From Methylorubrum extorquens (GTDB lineage: Bacteria; Pseudomonadota; Alphaproteobacteria; Rhizobiales; Beijerinckiaceae), in the NCBI GenBank assembly GCA_900234795.1, contig LT962688.1, forward strand, positions 3,540,001 through 3,572,000: a stretch of DNA of 32,000 nucleotides, given 5' to 3'. Positions 26,901 to 32,000 of the stretch are shown in pieces. Under the pieces are notes generated by a model that was not told where the DNA came from, ran no database searches, and saw only the letters and a program-made list of their open reading frames with translations. How positions within the stretch are numbered: position 1 is the stretch's first letter; the number at the start of each line of letters is the position of its first letter. Both the position numbers and the translations under genes were made by a program.

Positions 26901-29900
26901 GCCCGGCATCGCGGCGGCGGTGCGCCCGGCGGCGGGCACCGCGACGGGCACGATCGTCAACGACGACGCGAGCCTGATCTCGGCGGTGCAGGGGGCCGGC
27001 GCGGCGAGCCCGCTGGTCGGCCGGACCGTCACGGTCGAGGCGATCGTCGTCGGCGACTTCCAGAACGGCGATGCCGACGCCAAGCGCAACCTCGGCGGCT
27101 TCTACCTGCAGGAAGAGGCGGCCGACCAGGACGGCAACCCGCTGACCTCGGAGGGCGTCTTCGTCTTCGAGGGCACCGGCAACCGCCTCGTCGATGTCAA
27201 CGAGGGTGACCGGGTGCGCGTCACCGGCACCGTGACCGAGTTCAACGGCGAGACCCAGATCGCGGTCTCGAACGCCGCGGCGGTCCAGGTGGTCCGCGCC
27301 GGTGCGCTGAGCCCGGCCGAGGTCAAGGCCGCGGCGGTCGCCGTCGAACTGCCGGCGGCGGGGGTCATCGGCACCGGCACCACCGCGCAGCCCGATCTGG
27401 AGCGCTACGAGGGCATGCTGGTCCGCTTCGCCCAGACCCTCTCGATCTCCGAGCAGTTCAACCTCGACCGCTTCAACGAGATCCGCCTCGCCGCCGGCGG
27501 CCGGACCGAGACCTTCACCAACGAATTCGAGCCGAACGCGGCGGCCTACGCCGCCTATCTCGCCCAGACGGCGGCGCGCTCGATCACCTACGACGACGGC
27601 TTCAACACCCAGAACCAGCCGGTCGAGAATCTGGACGGCTTCGGCCCGGTCTATGCCACCGCGACGGCGCCGCGCATGGGCGACACCGTGACCGGGCTCA
27701 CCGGCACCCTCGGCTTCGGCCCGGCCGGCGCCTACCGCGTGCGGGCGATCGACGACGGCGACAACCGCTTCGTCACGGCCAACCCGCGCCCCACCGAGCC
27801 CGACCCCGTAGGCGGCACGCTCAAGGTCGGCAGCCTCAACGTCCTCAACTACTTCACCACCCTCGACACCGGTTCGGCCGCCCGCACGGCGATCGGTCTC
27901 GAGCCGCGCGGCGCGAACTCGCCGGAGGAACTCGCCCGGCAGACGGAAAAGCTCGTCACGACCCTGATCGGCACCGGGGCGGACGTGCTCGGCCTGACCG
28001 AGATCGAGAACCAGTTCCGCCCGGGCGACCCTGGCAACGCGCTGGAATACCTCGTCGGTCAACTCAACCTGCGCGCGGGCGCCGGCACCTACGCCTCCGT
28101 GAATCCGGGCGCCCAGCTCGACCAAGGCCAGTTCCTCGGCGGCGACGCGATTGCGGTCGGCTTCATCTACAAGCCGAGCAAGGTCAGCGTGGCGATGAAC
28201 ACCACGATCGAGCGGCTCGACGATACGGACGTGGCGGCCTTCAACCCGGCCCTGCTGGAGCAGAGCACCCTCGGGCGCCTCTTCAACGGCGGGAACACCA
28301 GCCGTGCCGCGCTCGCGGTCACCTTCAACGAGATCGCCACCGGCGAGGACTTCACCGCAATCATCAACCACTTCAAGTCGAAGGGCGGCACCGGGACCGG
28401 CGCGGATGCCGACCAGGGCGACGGCCAGGGCGCCTGGCAGCAGCAGCGCGAACTCGCGGCCACGGCTTTGGCCCAGTGGGTCTCGATGCGGCCGACGGGC
28501 ACCCAGGACAGCGACGCGCTCCTGCTCGGCGACTTCAACGCCTATCTCAAGGAGGACGCGCTCGACATCCTCAAGGCGTCCGGGTTCACCAACCTCGCCG
28601 AGGACCGTATCGCCAACCCGTATTCCTACGTCTTCGATGGGGCCTACGGCGCGCTCGACCACGCCCTGGCCAGCGCGAGCCTGAACCGGCAGGTCACCGG
28701 CGTCACCGAGTGGCACATCAACGCCGACGAGGCGGACGCGATCGACTACAACCTCGATTTCGGCCGCTCGCCCAGCTCCTTCGACGGCCGCTCGCCCGCG
28801 CGGGAATCCGACCACGATCCCGTCCTCGTCGGCCTGCGCCTCGACCAGACCGCGCCGGTCCTCGTCGCCTCGACGCCGGCCGACGACGCCGCGCGGGTGG
28901 CCGTGAACGCCGACATCGTCCTGCGCTTCAGCGAGGCGGTCCGGGCCGGCACCGGCAGCATCACCCTCACCGACGGCGCCGGCGACCTGCGCACCATCGC
29001 GGTCTCGGACACCGCGCAGGTCGCGATCGCGGGCGACACCGTGACGATCAACCCGAGCGCCGATCTGCGGCCCGGGACCGCCTACGACGTGATCGTGCCG
29101 GCCGGCGCCTTCACGGACGCGGCCGGCAACGCCTCCGCCGCCATCCCCCAGAACCGCCTCGACTTCACCACTGAGCAGGCCAAACCGATGACCTACACGC
29201 TCCAGATCCTGCACGCCTCGGACTGGGAGGGCGGGCTGCTCGCGACCCAGCGCGCGGCGAACTTCGCGGCCATCGTCGATCGGCTCGAGGATACGACGCC
29301 GAACTCGATCACGCTCTCGACCGGCGATGCCTGGATCCCGAGCCCGTTCTACATCGCGGGGGCCGACCCGCAGATGGCGGCGACCTATAACGGCGTCTAC
29401 AACCAGTTCTACGGGCTGTCCGGCGCCGGCGCCTACGGCCGGCTCGCGGCCTCCCCCGGCCGGGCCGACATCACCATCCAGAACATCGTCGGCGTCCAGG
29501 CCGCGGTGTTCGGCAATCACGAGTTCGATGGCGGACCGACGGAGGTCGCCAACATCATCGGCGCCAATCTCGGCGCCGCGGCGGGTGCTGCCGACGACAC
29601 CTGGCTCGGCGCGCAATTCCCCTACCTGTCGGTCAACCTCAACTTCTCCCGCGAGGCCGCCCTGTCCGGCCTCGTTCACCGCGACGGCGACGGCGCCACC
29701 TTCGCCCAGACCGGCCCGACCTCGACTCAGACCGGCACCGGCGCGGACAAGATCGCCCGCTCGACGATCCTCGTCGAGAACGGCGAGCGAATCGCCGTCA
29801 TCGGCGCGACGACGCAGATCAACCCGCTGATCAGCACGCTCGGCAACGTCACGGTTGATGGGTTCACCGGCCGCGACGAGATCGCGCTGCTGGCGAGCCA

Positions 29901-32000
29901 GATCAACGCCGAGGTCGACCGGGTGCTCGCGGCCAATCCCGGCCTCAACAAGGTGATCGTCGGCACGCACCTGCAAGCGCTCTCCAATGAGCAGGCGCTG
30001 GCCCCGCTCCTGCGCAACGTCGACGTGCTGATCGGCGGCGGCTCCCACACCCTGCTCGCCGATGCCGACGACCGGCTGCTGTCCGGCGATCGGGCGGGCG
30101 GCGGCTACCCGCAATTCTTCACCAACGCCAGCGGCCAGACCCTGGCCCTGGTGAACACCGCCTCCGAATATTCCTATGTCGGCCGCCTCAACGTCACCTT
30201 AGACGACCAGGGCCACGTGATCCGCGACTCGATCAACCCGGCCACCTCCGGCGCCGTCGCGGTGGACGACACCACGGTGACGCAGCTCTACGGCTCGACC
30301 GCCGCCGCCTTCACGCCCGGCTCCAAGGGCTTCCTCGTGCAGCAGGTGATCGAGGGCCTGGACGTCAACAACGACGGCATCCAGGAGACCGCGGGCATCG
30401 CCGACATCATCCGCCAGCAGGACGGCAACATCCTCGGCCGCTCCAGCGTGTACCTGGAAGGCCGCCGCGGCGAGGTCCGCACGGAAGAGACCAACCTCGG
30501 CAACCTCACGGCGGATGCCAACCTCTGGTACGCCAAGCAGTTCGACGGGGCGGTCGCGGTCTCGATCAAGAACGGCGGCGGCATCCGCGACTCGATCGGC
30601 TCGTTCTCGACGACCGGCGGCAGCACGGCGGAGCTTCCCCCGGCCGCCAACCCGGCGGCGGGCAAGGCGGCGGGCGACATCTCGCAGCTCGACGTCACCA
30701 ACTCGCTGCGCTTCAACAACGCGCTCGCCATGGTCACGGTCACCGCCTCCGAGCTGGAGCGGGTGCTTGAGCACGCCGTCTCCTCGGCCGCTCCGGGTGC
30801 GACGCCCGGCGCGTTCCCCCAGATCGGCGGGATCAGCTTCTCGTTCGACGCGACCCGGCAGGCCCAGACCGTGGACGTCAACGGCACCGTCACCCGCGAG
30901 GGGCAGCGGATCATTTCGGCGGCAATCGTCGATGTCGACGGCTTTCTCGTCGACACCCTGGTGCAGGACGGCCAGCTCGTCGGCGATGCGAACCGGAGCA
31001 TCCGCGCGGTGACCCTCGACTTCCTCACCACGGGCACGAGCACGGCCCCGGGGCTCGGCGGCGACAACTACCCCTTCCCGGCCTATGGCGAGAACCGGGT
31101 GGCGCTGAGCAGCGCCGCGCCGGCCTCGCTGCCCAACGCCGCGACTTTCGCGGCCCAGGGCAGCGAGCAGGATGCGCTCGCCGAGTACCTCAAGGCGTTC
31201 CACAGCGTGACGCCCTTCGCGCAGTCTGACACGGCGCAGGCGGCCGACGCACGGATCCAGAACCTCGCTGCCCGCTCCGACAGCGTGCTCGCCCGCGGCG
31301 TCAGCCGGACGGGAGCCGAGGACAACGACGTGCTGCAGGGAACGCCCTTCGCCGACCGCCTCTTCGGCGGCGCGGGCGACGACATCATCGTCAACAGCGC
31401 GGGCGACGACGTCCTGTCGGGCGGGCGCGGCAACGACACGCTGGTGTTCAACACAAGCTTCGCGTCGGTCACCGTCACGGAGGCCGGCAGCCTCACGGCC
31501 ATCACCGGACCGGATGGCCGCGACCTCGTCAGCGGCTTCGAGCGCTACCTGTTCTCCGACGCCACGATCGTGGTGAACGACGGCCAGCCGCTCGTGGACG
31601 ACCTGTTCTACCTTTCCCGCAACAAGGACGTGTTCCAGGCCGGCCAGGACGCCGACGCGCACTACACCCAATACGGTGCCCGCGAAGGCCGCGACCCGAA
31701 TGCCTTCTTCTCGACCAAGGGCTATCTGGCGGCCAATCCCGAGGTGAGAGCCTCCGGGGCGAACCCGCTCGACCATTACGAGCAGGCCGGCTGGAAGGAA
31801 GGCCGCGATCCGGGCGTGCGCTTCGACAACGAGTTCTATCTCGCGGCCAATCCGGACGTGAAGGCCGCCGGCCTGAACCCGCTCGCGCATTACCTTGCCA
31901 ATGGCCAGGCCGAGGGCCGCGCGATCCATGACGCCGTCGGACGCAGCGGGGACATCCGCGGCGGCTTCGACGCGGAGTACTACCTGCTCGCCCATGCCGA
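23959..32000 (+). CDS. giant secreted multidomain hydrolase, 3'-truncated by the window end: unassigned N-domain, Calx-beta, phytase-like/choice-of-anchor-I beta-propeller, Calx-beta, ExeM/NucH extracellular nuclease (EEP fold), Ig-like module, 5'-nucleotidase/metallophosphoesterase, RTX repeats, 38-aa C-terminal repeats
   Basis: This gene is not in the ORF track because it has no stop in the window. My hand translation of frame 1 from ATG 23959 is open for 2,680 codons to nt 32000; GGAGA lies 8 nt upstream, and an in-frame TGA at 23842 with no other start between fixes the start. Calx-beta motifs: [23 protein letters not shown]...GSDY...TFTV...ETF.V (24590-24921 and 26587-26970). Propeller: [95 protein letters not shown] (25021-26565). 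Nuclease: [52 protein letters not shown] (26971-28845). 5'-nucleotidase: [27 protein letters not shown] (29188-31290). RTX: [9 protein letters not shown] and SGGRGNDTL (31312-31452). Confidence 0.9.
   Translation, partial: [2680 protein letters not shown]
24127..24146 (+). repeat. in-frame hexanucleotide microsatellite (ACCTAC x3.3) encoding TYTYTYT
   Basis: ACCTACACCTACACCTACAC, read directly from the sequence inside the N-terminal module of the giant gene. Confidence 0.95.

Noticed and set aside
22948-30114. 2,388-aa minus-strand ORF, the longest in the supplied track, plus the 598-aa minus ORF at 30199..31995
   Set aside because: These are antisense shadows of the real plus-strand giant gene and tesB, as is typical in ~70% GC DNA. 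The translations are Arg/Gly/Ala/Asp-rich low-complexity strings with no recognisable motifs. The opposite strand, frame 1, gives continuous Calx-beta, nuclease, 5'-nucleotidase and RTX motifs. The 3' part also overlaps the well-supported tesB CDS in a different frame.

Overview
High-GC (~70%) chromosomal window with alphaproteobacterial (Rhizobiales, Methylobacterium-like) gene content. I saw no rRNA, tRNA, CRISPR array or obvious mobile element. Left to right: a membrane sensor histidine kinase; a decayed C-terminal relic of a family-5 ABC substrate-binding protein; an XRE-HTH/shikimate-kinase-like fusion regulator (BzdR/BoxR architecture); cysE; DUF3126; a small membrane protein; a stand-alone HTH-S24 (LexA-like) repressor; DUF952 translationally coupled to a pyrD whose frame is broken by one extra base; a YdeP/FdhF-family molybdoenzyme coupled to a ~100-aa winged-helix-like ORF (Fdh4AB-like); a PAS/HWE histidine kinase; a TonB-dependent receptor with a palindrome that embeds TATAAT; ftsK; a beta-barrel porin; glnK-amtB (minus strand) with candidate sigma-54/NtrC signals; and tesB. 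The most notable feature is an open-ended plus-strand gene of more than 2,680 codons (23959 to the window end). The supplied ORF track does not list it because it has no stop in the window; the track shows only its antisense shadow ORFs. The gene encodes a protein with no signal peptide that carries RTX repeats. Its domains are Calx-beta modules, a phytase-like/choice-of-anchor-I beta-propeller, an ExeM/NucH extracellular nuclease, an Ig-like module and a UshA-type 5'-nucleotidase. It is a candidate single-polypeptide machine for extracellular nucleic-acid/organophosphate salvage. Several strong, unexplained inverted or direct repeats sit in the intergenic regions or at gene junctions (8483-8509, 11065-11102, 15920-15937, 20181-20308, 23688-23721). 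All domain calls come from motif recognition by eye; no searches were run.
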